From: an uncultured Clostridia bacterium
Lineage (GTDB): Bacteria; Bacillota; Clostridia; Christensenellales; CAG-138
DNA: 64,000 nucleotides
NCBI GenBank assembly: GCA_946614035.1
Contig: CAMOGJ010000009.1
Location: 586-64,585, forward strand
Direction of reading: 5' to 3'
This document shows, piece after piece, positions 52,299 through 62,263 of this stretch (position 1 is its first letter; each line of letters begins with the position of its first letter). The notes beneath the pieces are model-generated. The model saw nothing but the letters and a program-made list of their open reading frames with translations. It searched no databases and was not told where the DNA came from. The translations under genes were made by a program, and so were the position numbers.

Positions 52299-54167
52299 AT
52301 GCAGAACGAAACCTTTGACAGCATCATCATCGGAGCGGGTCACGCGGGCATCGAAGCCGCGCTGGCCTGTTCGCGCATGGGTCTGAAAACGCTGCTTTTG
52401 ACGCTGAACCTCGACAGCATCGGCATGATGCCGTGCAATCCCGCGATCGGCGGCACCGGCAAGGGACACCTTGTGCGCGAGATCGACGCGATGGGCGGCG
52501 AGATGGGACTTGCCGCGGACGAAACGCTGATCCAGATGCGCATGCTGAACACGTCGAAAGGTCCTGCCGTGCATTCTCTGCGCGCGCAGATGGACAAGCG
52601 CCGCTACCACGAGCGCATGAAGCGCACGCTCGAAACGCAGCCGAACCTGACGCTGCTGCAGGGCGAGGTTGTTGAGATCCTGACCGAAAACAGGCGCGTA
52701 TGCGGCGTGCGCACCGACGAGGGCTTTACCTATGCGTGCCGCGCGGTCGTGCTGTGCAGCGGCGTATACCTGAAGTCGCGCATTCTGATCGGCGAGTGGT
52801 CGCGCCTGTGCGGTCCGTCCGGACTGATGCGCAGCGAAGGTCTGTCCGGCGCGCTCGCCGCGCTCGGCATTCCGCTGCAGCGGTTCAAGACCGGCACACC
52901 CGCGCGCGTCAAGCGGGGATCGCTCGATCTCGACAAAATGGAGATCCAGTACGGCGACGAGCCGACGCCCGCCTTTTCGTTTTTGAACGGACAGCTGCAC
53001 CTAAAGCAGGATCCGTGCTATCTGACCTATACGAACCAGAGAACGCACGACATCATTTTGAAGAACCTCGACCGCTCGCCGATGTACGCGGGACGCATCC
53101 ATGCGACCGGCACGCGCTACTGCCCGTCGATCGAGGACAAGATCGTGCGCTTTCCGGATCACGACCGGCACCAGATCTTCATCGAGCCGGAGGGCCGTTC
53201 GACCGAGGAAATGTACGTGCAGGGCATGAGCACGTCCCTGCCCGCCGATGTGCAGGTCGACATGCTGCATACAATGCCGGGCCTGGAGCATTGCGAGATT
53301 ATGCGGCTCGGCTACGCGATCGAATACGACTGCCTGCAGCCGAACGTGCTCGATCTGAAACTGATGGTCAAGGACGTCCCCGGTCTGTTTTCCGCGGGGC
53401 AGGTCAACGGCTCGAGCGGCTATGAGGAGGCCGCGGCGCAGGGCTTCTATGCCGGCGTCAACGCCGCCCTGTATGTGAAGGGCGAAGAGCCGTTTTTGCT
53501 CGACCGCAGCGACGCGTACATCGGCGTTCTGGTCGACGACCTTGCCACCAAGGGCACGCCGGAGCCGTATCGCATGATGACGAGCCGGTGCGAATACCGC
53601 CTGCTGCTGCGGCAGGACAACGCCGATCTGCGCCTGACCGAGCGCGCAAGGCGTCTGGGACTCGTTTCCGACGCGCGCTGGCGGCGGCTTTGCGAGAAAC
53701 AGGAGGGAATCGCGCGCACGCTCGAACGGCTCGGCACGCACGTGCCGCCGACCGACGCGCTCAAGGCGTACCTTGCCTCGATCGGCGAAAGCGTTCCGTC
53801 GAGCGGCGCAAAGCTGTTCGATCTTTTGAAACGCCCGAACGTGCGCTACACGGAGCTTGCGCGCCTGTTCGACTGCCTCGAACCGGTCGACCGCGAGGTC
53901 GAGGAGCAGGTCGAGACGGTCGCGCATTACGACGGCTATATCGAAAAGCAGACCGAGCAGGTCAGACGCTTTCGCGCGATGGAGTCGACGCCGCTCCCGC
54001 AGGATCTCGATTACATGACGCTCGACGGTCTGCGGATCGAGGCGCGGCAGAAGCTGAACGCCCTGCGTCCCGAAAACATCGGGCAGGCGTCGCGCATTTC
54101 CGGCGTTTCGCCCGCCGATATCGGCGTACTTCTGGTATTTTTGAAGCGAGGTGCATCCCATGCGTGA
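52299..54167 (+). CDS. mnmG: tRNA uridine 5-carboxymethylaminomethyl modification enzyme MnmG (GidA)
   Basis: Start at MQNETFDSIIIGAGHAGIEAA (FAD GxGxxG). NPAIGGTGKGHLVREIDAMGG and TGTRYCPSIEDK. Confidence 0.92.
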   Translation: MQNETFDSIIIGAGHAGIEAALACSRMGLKTLLLTLNLDSIGMMPCNPAIGGTGKGHLVREIDAMGGEMGLAADETLIQMRMLNTSKGPAVHSLRAQMDKRRYHERMKRTLETQPNLTLLQGEVVEILTENRRVCGVRTDEGFTYACRAVVLCSGVYLKSRILIGEWSRLCGPSGLMRSEGLSGALAALGIPLQRFKTGTPARVKRGSLDLDKMEIQYGDEPTPAFSFLNGQLHLKQDPCYLTYTNQRTHDIILKNLDRSPMYAGRIHATGTRYCPSIEDKIVRFPDHDRHQIFIEPEGRSTEEMYVQGMSTSLPADVQVDMLHTMPGLEHCEIMRLGYAIEYDCLQPNVLDLKLMVKDVPGLFSAGQVNGSSGYEEAAAQGFYAGVNAALYVKGEEPFLLDRSDAYIGVLVDDLATKGTPEPYRMMTSRCEYRLLLRQDNADLRLTERARRLGLVSDARWRRLCEKQEGIARTLERLGTHVPPTDALKAYLASIGESVPSSGAKLFDLLKRPNVRYTELARLFDCLEPVDREVEEQVETVAHYDGYIEKQTEQVRRFRAMESTPLPQDLDYMTLDGLRIEARQKLNALRPENIGQASRISGVSPADIGVLLVFLKRGASHA

Positions 54168-54837
54168 ACTGTTGAAACGGCGCATCCCGAACATCACCGA
54201 AGAGGCATGCGACAAATTTGTCGCATACTACGAACTGTTGATCGATTGGAACGCGCGCATGAACCTGACCGCGATCACCGAGCCGGACGAGGTCGTCAGC
54301 AAGCATTTTATCGATTCGCTCGCCGCCATGCCGTACCTTGCGGACGGGACGAAGGCGGCGGACGTCGGCACCGGCGCGGGGTTCCCGTCGATCCCGCTGC
54401 TGATCATGCGTCCCGACCTTCGGCTTACGCTGGTCGATTCGCTTCAAAAGCGCGTAACGTTTTTGAATGAGGTGTGCAAAACCCTCGGACTGCGGGCGGA
54501 ATGCGTCCATGCCCGCGCCGAGGACTTCGGGCGCGATCCGAACCGTCGCGCATCGTTCGACGCCGTGCTCTCTCGCGCGGTCGCTTCGCTGCCGACGCTC
54601 CTCGAGCTGACCGTTCCGCTGCTTCGTGTGGGCGGAAAGGCGTACTGCTACAAGGGCGACGTCGGCGAGGAGCTCAAAAGCGCAAAGAGCGCGCTGCACC
54701 TGCTGCACTGCAGCGCCGAGGTCGTGCCGGTTGAAGCCGACTACGGCGCGCGCACGCTCGTGATCTGTACCAAAAATGCACCAACACCGGCAGCGTACCC
54801 GCGAAAGGCGGGCATGCCGTCCAAAAAACCGCTGTAA
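54160..54837 (+). CDS. rsmG: 16S rRNA (guanine527-N7)-methyltransferase RsmG (GidB)
   Basis: NLTAITEPDEVVSKHFIDSL and DVGTGAGFPSIPL SAM motif. Overlaps the mnmG stop. Start at the ATG 6 nt after GAGGTG. Confidence 0.88.
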   Translation: MRELLKRRIPNITEEACDKFVAYYELLIDWNARMNLTAITEPDEVVSKHFIDSLAAMPYLADGTKAADVGTGAGFPSIPLLIMRPDLRLTLVDSLQKRVTFLNEVCKTLGLRAECVHARAEDFGRDPNRRASFDAVLSRAVASLPTLLELTVPLLRVGGKAYCYKGDVGEELKSAKSALHLLHCSAEVVPVEADYGARTLVICTKNAPTPAAYPRKAGMPSKKPL

Positions 54838-54851
54838 GCGTCCGCACAAGT

Positions 54852-54880
54852 GCCGCCGCCTTCGGGCGGCGATTGTTTTT
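54852..54880 (+). terminator. Intrinsic terminator after rsmG
   Basis: CGCCGCC-TTCG-GGCGGCG followed by ATTGTTTTT. Confidence 0.7.
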
Positions 54881-54906
54881 CGACGGCAGATTTTACAGTT
54901 TCGCTC

Positions 54907-54935
54907 TTGAATACCGGACAAAAAAGCGGTATGAT
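54907..54935 (+). promoter_or_regulatory. Promoter of the dat/dlt-like gene string (TTGAAT-17-TATGAT)
   Basis: Hexamers at 54907-54912 and 54930-54935. Confidence 0.55.
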
Positions 54936-54979
54936 ACTATAAATACGTATGCGGTTTTATCGCCGCGGCAGGGAGAAAG

Positions 54980-55825
54980 ATGAGCGCAATCGGGTATTAC
55001 AACGGGACGATCGGACCGATCGATTCCATGCAGGTGCCGATGAACGACCGCGCCGTGTATTTCGGCGACGGTTGTTATGAGGCGTGCTTTGCATACAACG
55101 GCAGACTGTTCGGCGAGGCGGCGCACTTCGATCGGTTCTACCGGAGTCTTGCGGGGCTGCGCATCCCGTTTGCGATGACGCGCGAGCAGCTCAAAGCGGA
55201 GATCGACAAATGCCTTGCGGCGGCGGGCGAGCAAAGCGCGTCGCTGTACTGGCAGGTTACGCGCGGAACGGACCGGCGGCACCACACGTTTCCGGACGAA
55301 CGCGTGCAGCCGAATCTGCTGATCACGGTCACGCCCAAGGCGGTCGACCTAAGCGGCGCGCCGATGAAGCTGATCAGCGCGCCGGATATCCGCTATTTCA
55401 TGTGCGACGTCAAGACGCTGAACCTGATCCCGAACATCCTTGCGATCCAGCAGGCGAAGGAAGCGGGCGCGGACGGTGCGGTGCTGCACCGCGACGGGAC
55501 GGTCACCGAGGGCTCGCATACGAACGTCCACATGCTGAAGGACGGCGTGCTGTACACGCATCCGCTCGACCGGCTGATCCTGCCGGGCGTGACGCGCGGC
55601 GTGCTGCTCGGCATCTGCGGCGAATGCGGCATCGCTGTGTCGGAAACGCCGTTTACGGTCGAACAGATGATGCAGGCGGATGAGGTGCTGATCAGCTCAA
55701 GTCTGCTCGGCATCCGCAGGGCGTCCGAGATTGACGGCAAGCCGGTCGGCGGCAAGGCGGAGCAGACGTATCGCATGATCGTCGATGCGTACCGCAGGAT
55801 TTTCACGGAGGAAACACGGGCATGA
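54980..55825 (+). CDS. dat: D-amino-acid (D-alanine) aminotransferase, class IV PLP enzyme
   Basis: 281 aa. RAVYFGDGCYE, CDVKTLNLIPNILA (PLP-Lys context) and ILPGVTRG. Confidence 0.8.
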   Translation: MSAIGYYNGTIGPIDSMQVPMNDRAVYFGDGCYEACFAYNGRLFGEAAHFDRFYRSLAGLRIPFAMTREQLKAEIDKCLAAAGEQSASLYWQVTRGTDRRHHTFPDERVQPNLLITVTPKAVDLSGAPMKLISAPDIRYFMCDVKTLNLIPNILAIQQAKEAGADGAVLHRDGTVTEGSHTNVHMLKDGVLYTHPLDRLILPGVTRGVLLGICGECGIAVSETPFTVEQMMQADEVLISSSLLGIRRASEIDGKPVGGKAEQTYRMIVDAYRRIFTEETRA

Positions 55826-57909
55826 AGTTCCCCAAAAAGCGGCAGTCGCAGGACGCTGCCGCGCAGGCGACGGAGCAGCCGGCAAAGAAGAAACTGCGCA
55901 CGACCAGCAAGGCCGTGCTGTTTGCCGCGCTGAGCGTTCTCGGCGCGGTGATCCTTGCGGCGGGCGTGTGCTGCGCGTTTCTCTACCGCACGACGAAGCC
56001 GTTCGTGACCGTCGAGCTCGGCGACGTGACGCCGGAGGCGGGCGTGTTTTTGCGCGGGGACGGGGAAGCGAGCTACGTCACTTCGCCGGAAAGCGAGTAC
56101 CCGATCGGAAATTACGTACTGCAAATTCGGGTCAACGGGCATCCGCGGCTCGTGATGCTGCGCGTGCGCGATACGATCCCGCCGGCGGCGGAGGGCGCGG
56201 AAACGACGGTGTCGACCAAGGCGTCGCCCAAGCCCGATAAGCTTTTGAAGAACATTACGGATCAGAGCATCGTCAAGCTCACGTTCGAGGTCGCGCCCAA
56301 GTACGGCACGGTCGGCGATTATACGGCGATCGTGCGCATGGAGGATCAAAGCGGCAACGACACGCGCGTGCCGGTCAAGGTGCATGTGCGCATCGCGCGC
56401 GATTCGATCACCCGCGAGGCGGGCGCCGACGCGCCGGACGCAGCCGCGTTTCTGATCGACGATTACGACGACGGCATGATCGGACCGATCACCGAGCAGA
56501 TGATGCGCACGCCGGGCATCTATCCGATCGAAATCACGGCGGACGGTATCACGACGGAAAGCCACCTGATCGTGACGGACACCGTTTCACCGACCGGCAG
56601 GGCGGTTCTGAAGATCGTCGAACCGGACACCGCGCTTTCGCCGGAGGACTTCGTCGCGGACATCGCGGATGAGACCGAGGTTACGGTGGAATACCTCGAC
56701 GAGCCGGATCCGGATTCGCGCGAGACACAGACCGTGCGCGTGCAGCTGGAGGATCTCGGCGGCAATAAGACCGTCGTCGAATCGCAGCTGCTCTATACGA
56801 ACATCGCGCCGGTCGAGATCGAGGCGCGCTCGAGCGAGATGGAGCCGTACGAATGCCTGACGAACGTCGCGTATACGGAAGCGTCGTTCGACCGCGCGTT
56901 CATTCCGGACGAGCCGGGCACGCACATGCTGCACATGACGATCGACGGCGAGGAGAACCTCGCGATCGTCGAAGTCAAGGATACCGTCGCGCCGTTGCTT
57001 CGCGTGCGCAAGACGGTCTGGTTTTTGAATGCGCCCAAGGACGCGTCGTTCTTTGCGACGGCGGAGGACATCACCGCGACGCGCCTGCGCTTCGAGTCCG
57101 AGCCGGACTGGGAGAAGGAATCGCAGGACGTGACGCTGATCGCCGTCGACGCCGGCGGCAACGAAACGCGCGAGACGTTCACGCTAAAGCTCAATCCGGA
57201 CGTCGCGGCACCGACCATCTACGGCGCGCGCAACCGCTACAGCTACGTGAACGAGGCGGTCGCGTACATGAAGGACATCTCCGCCGAGGACGAGTGCGAC
57301 GGCGAGGTCGCGGTCACGGTCGATACCTCGAAGGTCAATCCGGAAAAGCTCGGCACGTATTCGGTCACCTATACGGCGACGGACCGCGCGGGCAATACGG
57401 CGAGCAAGACGGTCAAGTTCACGTTCGTCGAATCGAAGGTCACCGAGGAGGAGGCCGAGACGGTCGCGCAGGAGATCCTGAAAAAGGTTTTGAAGGACGG
57501 CATGACGCTCGGCGAGCAGGTCGAAGCGCTGTATAACTACGTCTTTAAGAACGTGCATTACATCAATTCGTCGAACAAAAAGGACTGGCGCAGCGAGGCG
57601 GTGCGCGGACTGACGACCGGCTACGGCGACTGCTTCACCTCGTATGCGTGCCTGCGGCTCCTGCTGGAGCATACGGGCGCGGAGCTCATGAGCGTGGAGC
57701 GCTACGGCGGGCGCACGCATCATTACTGGATGCTCGTCAACCTCGGCAGCGGCTGGTATCACGTCGACGCGTGCAACACCGGCAAGGCGAAGAAGCGCTG
57801 CTTCATGTGGACGAACGCGCAAAAGGATAAGGTAAGCAAGACATTCTGGCGGTTCAATGAATCGCTGTACCCGCCGATCGCGACGGAGCCGTACAAGAAA
57901 GGCAAGTAA
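55822..57909 (+). CDS. Membrane-anchored surface protein with Ig-like repeats and C-terminal transglutaminase-like cysteine protease core
   Basis: N-terminal TM anchor. C-terminal GYGDCFTSYACL..HHYWMLV..WYHVDAC (Cys-His-Asp core). ATGA overlap with dat. Confidence 0.75.
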   Translation: MKFPKKRQSQDAAAQATEQPAKKKLRTTSKAVLFAALSVLGAVILAAGVCCAFLYRTTKPFVTVELGDVTPEAGVFLRGDGEASYVTSPESEYPIGNYVLQIRVNGHPRLVMLRVRDTIPPAAEGAETTVSTKASPKPDKLLKNITDQSIVKLTFEVAPKYGTVGDYTAIVRMEDQSGNDTRVPVKVHVRIARDSITREAGADAPDAAAFLIDDYDDGMIGPITEQMMRTPGIYPIEITADGITTESHLIVTDTVSPTGRAVLKIVEPDTALSPEDFVADIADETEVTVEYLDEPDPDSRETQTVRVQLEDLGGNKTVVESQLLYTNIAPVEIEARSSEMEPYECLTNVAYTEASFDRAFIPDEPGTHMLHMTIDGEENLAIVEVKDTVAPLLRVRKTVWFLNAPKDASFFATAEDITATRLRFESEPDWEKESQDVTLIAVDAGGNETRETFTLKLNPDVAAPTIYGARNRYSYVNEAVAYMKDISAEDECDGEVAVTVDTSKVNPEKLGTYSVTYTATDRAGNTASKTVKFTFVESKVTEEEAETVAQEILKKVLKDGMTLGEQVEALYNYVFKNVHYINSSNKKDWRSEAVRGLTTGYGDCFTSYACLRLLLEHTGAELMSVERYGGRTHHYWMLVNLGSGWYHVDACNTGKAKKRCFMWTNAQKDKVSKTFWRFNESLYPPIATEPYKKGK

Positions 57910-57910
57910 G

Positions 57911-59404
57911 ATGAAAACGATGTTGACCGCGCTTTACGAGCAAGCGAACCTTCGTCCGAACGCACAGGCGTTTTGCGACACGAACGAGACGCTGACGTTT
58001 TCGGACGTCGAGCGCATCGCCGAATCGGCGGGCACCGCGCTGCTGCGGCGCGGCGCAAGGCGCGAAGCGATCCTGATTCTGCACGAGCGCTGCGCAAGGG
58101 AGATTGCGCTGTTCTTCGCGGTATGGAAAGCGGGCTGCTTCTACGTGCCGGTCGATGCCGAAATGGGCGAAAACCGCATCCGGTCGATCCTCGATCGCGT
58201 CAAACCGCGCTTTGCGATCGCCGATGCGGGCGGACGCGCGCTGCTGGAGAAATACGGGTTTTCGGGTGAGCTGCTCGATCCGGACGCGCTTACGGCGCAG
58301 GCGCCGGATATGCAGGCGCTCGACGCAATCGAAGCGCAGACGCTCGACACCGATCCGACGTATCTGGTGTTCACCAGCGGCAGCACCGGCGCGCCTAAGG
58401 GCGTGGTCGGCTGCCATCGCGCCGTGGTGGATTACGCGAATCAGATTTCCAAAACGCTGCGGGTCGATTCCACCGACGTGTTCGCCATGCAGGCGCCGTT
58501 GTACGTGGACGCGTGCCTCAAAGAAATCCTCTGCGCGCTCATGTGCGGCAGCTCGGCGGTGCTCGTGCCGAAAAAGCTGTTTATGACGCCGGTCCCGCTC
58601 GTGCAGTTTTTGAACGAGCACAGGGTAACCGCGCTGTGCTGGGTCGTTCCGGCGCTGACGCTGATTTCCGCGCTGCATACCTTCGACGAGGTCGTGCCGC
58701 AGTACCTTCGCACCGTCGCGTTCGGCAGCGAGGTGTTCGCGCCCAAGCAGCTTCGCATCTGGCAGCAGCACGTTCCGGCACGCTACATCAATCTGTACGG
58801 ACCGACCGAATGCACCGGCATGTCGTGCTTCTATGAGGTCGACCGCACGTTCGCGGACGGCGAACGCATCCCGATCGGGCGCGCGTTCGACAACACCGAA
58901 ATTTTTCTGCTCGACGAGAACGACCGCCGCGCGGACGAGGGCGAGATCTGCATCCGCGGAACGGCGCTCTGCCACGGGTACTACCGCGATCCGGAACGCA
59001 CCGCCAAGGTGTTCGTGCCCAACCCGCTGAATCCGGATTATCCGGAAACGATCTACCGCACCGGCGATCTCGGACGGCGCAACGCGCGCGGCGAGCTGGA
59101 ATTTTTGGGCCGCAAGGATGATCAGATCAAGCATATGGGACACCGCATCGAGCTCGGCGAGCTGGAGGCGGCGGCAAAGACGGTCGAGGGCGTGGACGCG
59201 GCGTGCGCCGTGTTCGAGCGCGAGCGCAGCATCCTCGGGCTCGTATATACGGGTTCGATCGAGCGGGCGGCGCTGCTGACGGCGCTTCGCGCGAAGGTGC
59301 CGGAGTATCTTTTGCCGAAAATGAGCAGGCGGGTGGACGCGCTGCCGCTGACGCAGAACGGAAAGACCGACCGCAAGGCAGCGACGGCGCTGCTGTTCGG
59401 ATAG
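57911..59404 (+). CDS. DltA-like carrier-protein ligase (adenylation domain)
   Basis: Start at MKTMLTALYEQ. AMP-binding core FTSGSTGAPKGV, YGPTE, YRTGDLG and a C-terminal GKTDRK. Confidence 0.8.
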   Translation: MKTMLTALYEQANLRPNAQAFCDTNETLTFSDVERIAESAGTALLRRGARREAILILHERCAREIALFFAVWKAGCFYVPVDAEMGENRIRSILDRVKPRFAIADAGGRALLEKYGFSGELLDPDALTAQAPDMQALDAIEAQTLDTDPTYLVFTSGSTGAPKGVVGCHRAVVDYANQISKTLRVDSTDVFAMQAPLYVDACLKEILCALMCGSSAVLVPKKLFMTPVPLVQFLNEHRVTALCWVVPALTLISALHTFDEVVPQYLRTVAFGSEVFAPKQLRIWQQHVPARYINLYGPTECTGMSCFYEVDRTFADGERIPIGRAFDNTEIFLLDENDRRADEGEICIRGTALCHGYYRDPERTAKVFVPNPLNPDYPETIYRTGDLGRRNARGELEFLGRKDDQIKHMGHRIELGELEAAAKTVEGVDAACAVFERERSILGLVYTGSIERAALLTALRAKVPEYLLPKMSRRVDALPLTQNGKTDRKAATALLFG

Positions 59405-59412
59405 GAGGAACC

Positions 59413-59646
59413 ATGGAGCAATTATTGGAGATTTTAAGAGAACTGCATCCCGAAACGGACTTTGAGAAGGAAACGGCGCTGGTCGATCACGGCATCCTCG
59501 TTTCGTTCGATATCGTCATGCTGATCACGCGCATCGAGGAGGAATTCGACGTCGTGATCCCCGCAAAGGACATCACGCCCGCGCACTTTAACAGCGCAAA
59601 GTCGCTGTATGCGCTGATCGCAAGCTTAGAGGAACAGGACGACTGA
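59413..59646 (+). CDS. DltC-like acyl/D-alanyl carrier protein (77 aa)
   Basis: MEQLLEILRELHPE..DHGILVSFDIVMLI (candidate Ppant Ser). AGGAGGAA RBS. It is the 3' part of track ORF 59203..59646. Confidence 0.7.
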   Translation: MEQLLEILRELHPETDFEKETALVDHGILVSFDIVMLITRIEEEFDVVIPAKDITPAHFNSAKSLYALIASLEEQDD

Positions 59647-61223
59647 TGCTGTTTACCTCGTGGGCGTTTCTTCTGTTTCTGGCGGTACTGGTGCCCCTGT
59701 ACTACCTCGTGCCGAAACGGGTGCAATGGATCGTGCTGCTGCTCGCAAACGCGGTGTTCGTCGGGTTTGCGGGTCTGACGGGCGCGATCTATCTGACCGC
59801 GACGATCGTCACGGTCTATCTTGCCACCCGCGCAATCGACGCTCTGTTCCGCAAACAGAAGGAAACGATCGCCGCCATGAAGGCGACGCATACGAAGGAG
59901 GAGCGCAAAAAAGCGCGGCTCGGCTTTGAACGAAAGCGCAGGATCGTGCTGATCGCATGCCTGTGCGTGAACGTCGGCATTCTGTTCGTGCTGAAGTACG
60001 GCGCGGCGATCGGGCGGCTCTCCGCTTCGCTTCTGCACACGCCCGCATTCGGACAGGAGCTTGCGCTCACGATGGGCATCTCGTTCTACACGTTCTCGTC
60101 GATCGGGTATCTGCTGGACGTCTATCGCGAAACGGTCGAAACACAGAAGAACCCGTTCAAGCTCGCGCTGTTCATTTCGTTCTTTCCGCTGCTGGTGCAG
60201 GGACCGATCAGCCGCTACGACATCCTGGGCGAGCAGCTGCTTGCGCCGCATACCTTTTCGGGCGAGCGGTTTTTGTCGGGCGCGCTGCGCATTACGTGGG
60301 GATACTGGAAAAAGCTGATCGTTGCCGACCGGCTGCTCGTCGCGGTCAAGGCGCTGTGCGCACGTCCGCAGGTGTATTGCGGAGACTTCGTGTTCGTCGA
60401 AATGCTGCTGTACGCCGCTTGTCTCTACGCCGATTTCACCGGCGGCATCGATATCACGATCGGCATCGGCGAGTGGTTCGGCGTGACGGTCGAGGAGAAC
60501 TTCTTCCGTCCGTACTTCTCGAAGAACATTTCGGAGTACTGGCGGCGCTGGCATATGACGCTCGGCGAATGGTTCAAGCGCTACGTCTACTATCCGCTGT
60601 CGGTTTCCAAGCCGATGCGCATGCTTTCGCAAAAATCGCGCAAGCTCGGCGTCGGCGTATCGCGTCGGCTTCCGGTGTATCTTGCGACCCTGCTCGTGTG
60701 GGCGCTGACCGGCGTGTGGCACGGCAGCAACTGGACGTTCCTCGTCTGGGGCCTTCTGAACGGCATCGTGATCCTGCTTTCGGAGGAGTGCAAGCCGCTG
60801 TACGCGCGCTTTCACGCGCGCTTCCCGCGCCTGACCGAAAGTGTATTTTACCGCGGCTTTACGGTGATCCGCACGGTGCTGCTGCTGTCGAGTCTGCGCC
60901 TTCTGGACTGCTACGCGACGGTCAAGGACGCGTTCGGCGCATTCTTCTCGATGTTCACGACCTGGAACTGGGGCGCGGTGTTCCGCGGCGGCATTCAGTC
61001 GCTCGGGCTTTCGTGGGCGGACTACGGGGTCGCGCTGTTCGGCGTGCTCGCGATGTTCGCGCTGTCGATGGCGCAGAGAAAGGCGCCGATCCGCAAGCGC
61101 ATCATGGCGCACGGAACGACGGCGTCGGTGTGCGTGCTGCTCGTTCTGATCGGCACGATCCTTGTGTTCGGACGGTACGGCTTCGGCTTCGACGCCGGAC
61201 AGTTTATCTACAACAGATTTTGA
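59646..61223 (+). CDS. MBOAT-family membrane O-acyltransferase (DltB/AlgI-like)
   Basis: 525-aa polytopic protein. RRWHMTLGEWFKRYVYYPL and VWHGSNWTF carry the MBOAT His motifs. Confidence 0.85.
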   Translation: MLFTSWAFLLFLAVLVPLYYLVPKRVQWIVLLLANAVFVGFAGLTGAIYLTATIVTVYLATRAIDALFRKQKETIAAMKATHTKEERKKARLGFERKRRIVLIACLCVNVGILFVLKYGAAIGRLSASLLHTPAFGQELALTMGISFYTFSSIGYLLDVYRETVETQKNPFKLALFISFFPLLVQGPISRYDILGEQLLAPHTFSGERFLSGALRITWGYWKKLIVADRLLVAVKALCARPQVYCGDFVFVEMLLYAACLYADFTGGIDITIGIGEWFGVTVEENFFRPYFSKNISEYWRRWHMTLGEWFKRYVYYPLSVSKPMRMLSQKSRKLGVGVSRRLPVYLATLLVWALTGVWHGSNWTFLVWGLLNGIVILLSEECKPLYARFHARFPRLTESVFYRGFTVIRTVLLLSSLRLLDCYATVKDAFGAFFSMFTTWNWGAVFRGGIQSLGLSWADYGVALFGVLAMFALSMAQRKAPIRKRIMAHGTTASVCVLLVLIGTILVFGRYGFGFDAGQFIYNRF

Positions 61224-61224
61224 T

Positions 61225-62262
61225 ATGAAACGAACGGTTCTGACAATCGGCGGCGTTCTGCTCGCCTGCATCCTGCTTTTCGGCGTCCTGTTCGCCGTGA
61301 CCCGCCTTCTGATGCCCAAGTATCGCACGGCGTCGATCGAAGGGTCCCTGACCGGCGAATACTATCGCGATACGACGCCGCACGACGTGTTGTTCGTCGG
61401 AGACTGCGAGGTGTTTTCGAACTTCTCGCCGGTCACGCTCTACGACGCGTACGGGATTCCCTCGTACATCCGCGGCAGCGCGCAGCAGCTCGTCTGGCAG
61501 TCGTACTATCTGCTGGAGGATGCCCTAAAGACCGAGACGCCCAAGGTCGTCGTCTATAACGTGCTTGCGCTGAAATACGGCGAGCCGCAGTCCGAGGCGT
61601 ACAACCGCATGACGCTCGACGGCATGCGCTGGGGCGGCGCGAAGATCGGCGCGATCCGCGCGAGCATGACCGACGGCGAGGACTTTATGAGTTACGTGTT
61701 CCCGCTGCTGCGCTTCCATGCGCGCTGGAGCGAGCTGAAGGAGGAGGACTTTTCCTGCTGGTTCGGGCAGGGCGAGCCGGTGTCCTATCACGGATACCTG
61801 CTGCGCACCGAGGTGCGTCCCGCGACCGAGACGCCGATCCCGCCGGTGCTTCAGGATCCGCATCTTCCCAAAACGAGCATGGAGTGGCTTGCAAAGCTCG
61901 CTTCGCTCTGCAGGGACAAGGGCATCGAACTGGTGCTGATCAAGTCGCCGTCGATCGAGCCGTACTGGTATCCCGAATGGGATGCGGACGTGCAGGCGTT
62001 CGCGCAGCAACGCGGCCTCTGGTACGTGAACATGATCGACGAAAACGACAGCATCGGCATCGACATGCAGACCGACACCTGCGACATGGGACAGCACCTG
62101 AACGTATACGGCGCGGAAAAGCTCAGCTGGTGGTTCGGCGCGGAGCTCAAACGGCGTTACGATCTTGCGGACCGGCGCGGCGACGCCGTGCTCGACGCGG
62201 AATATCGGGCGCTGCGGGAACGGTATGAAACGGAAATACAACGACTGACGGAGGGAAACTGA
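61225..62262 (+). CDS. Membrane-anchored SGNH/DltD-like protein
   Basis: Start at MKRTVLTIGGVLLACILLFGVLF. Block-I-like VLFVGDCEVF (Cys where SGNH enzymes have Ser). Late DMGQHLN. Its position after the MBOAT gene matches dltD. Confidence 0.6.
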   Translation: MKRTVLTIGGVLLACILLFGVLFAVTRLLMPKYRTASIEGSLTGEYYRDTTPHDVLFVGDCEVFSNFSPVTLYDAYGIPSYIRGSAQQLVWQSYYLLEDALKTETPKVVVYNVLALKYGEPQSEAYNRMTLDGMRWGGAKIGAIRASMTDGEDFMSYVFPLLRFHARWSELKEEDFSCWFGQGEPVSYHGYLLRTEVRPATETPIPPVLQDPHLPKTSMEWLAKLASLCRDKGIELVLIKSPSIEPYWYPEWDADVQAFAQQRGLWYVNMIDENDSIGIDMQTDTCDMGQHLNVYGAEKLSWWFGAELKRRYDLADRRGDAVLDAEYRALRERYETEIQRLTEGN

Positions 62263-62263
62263 A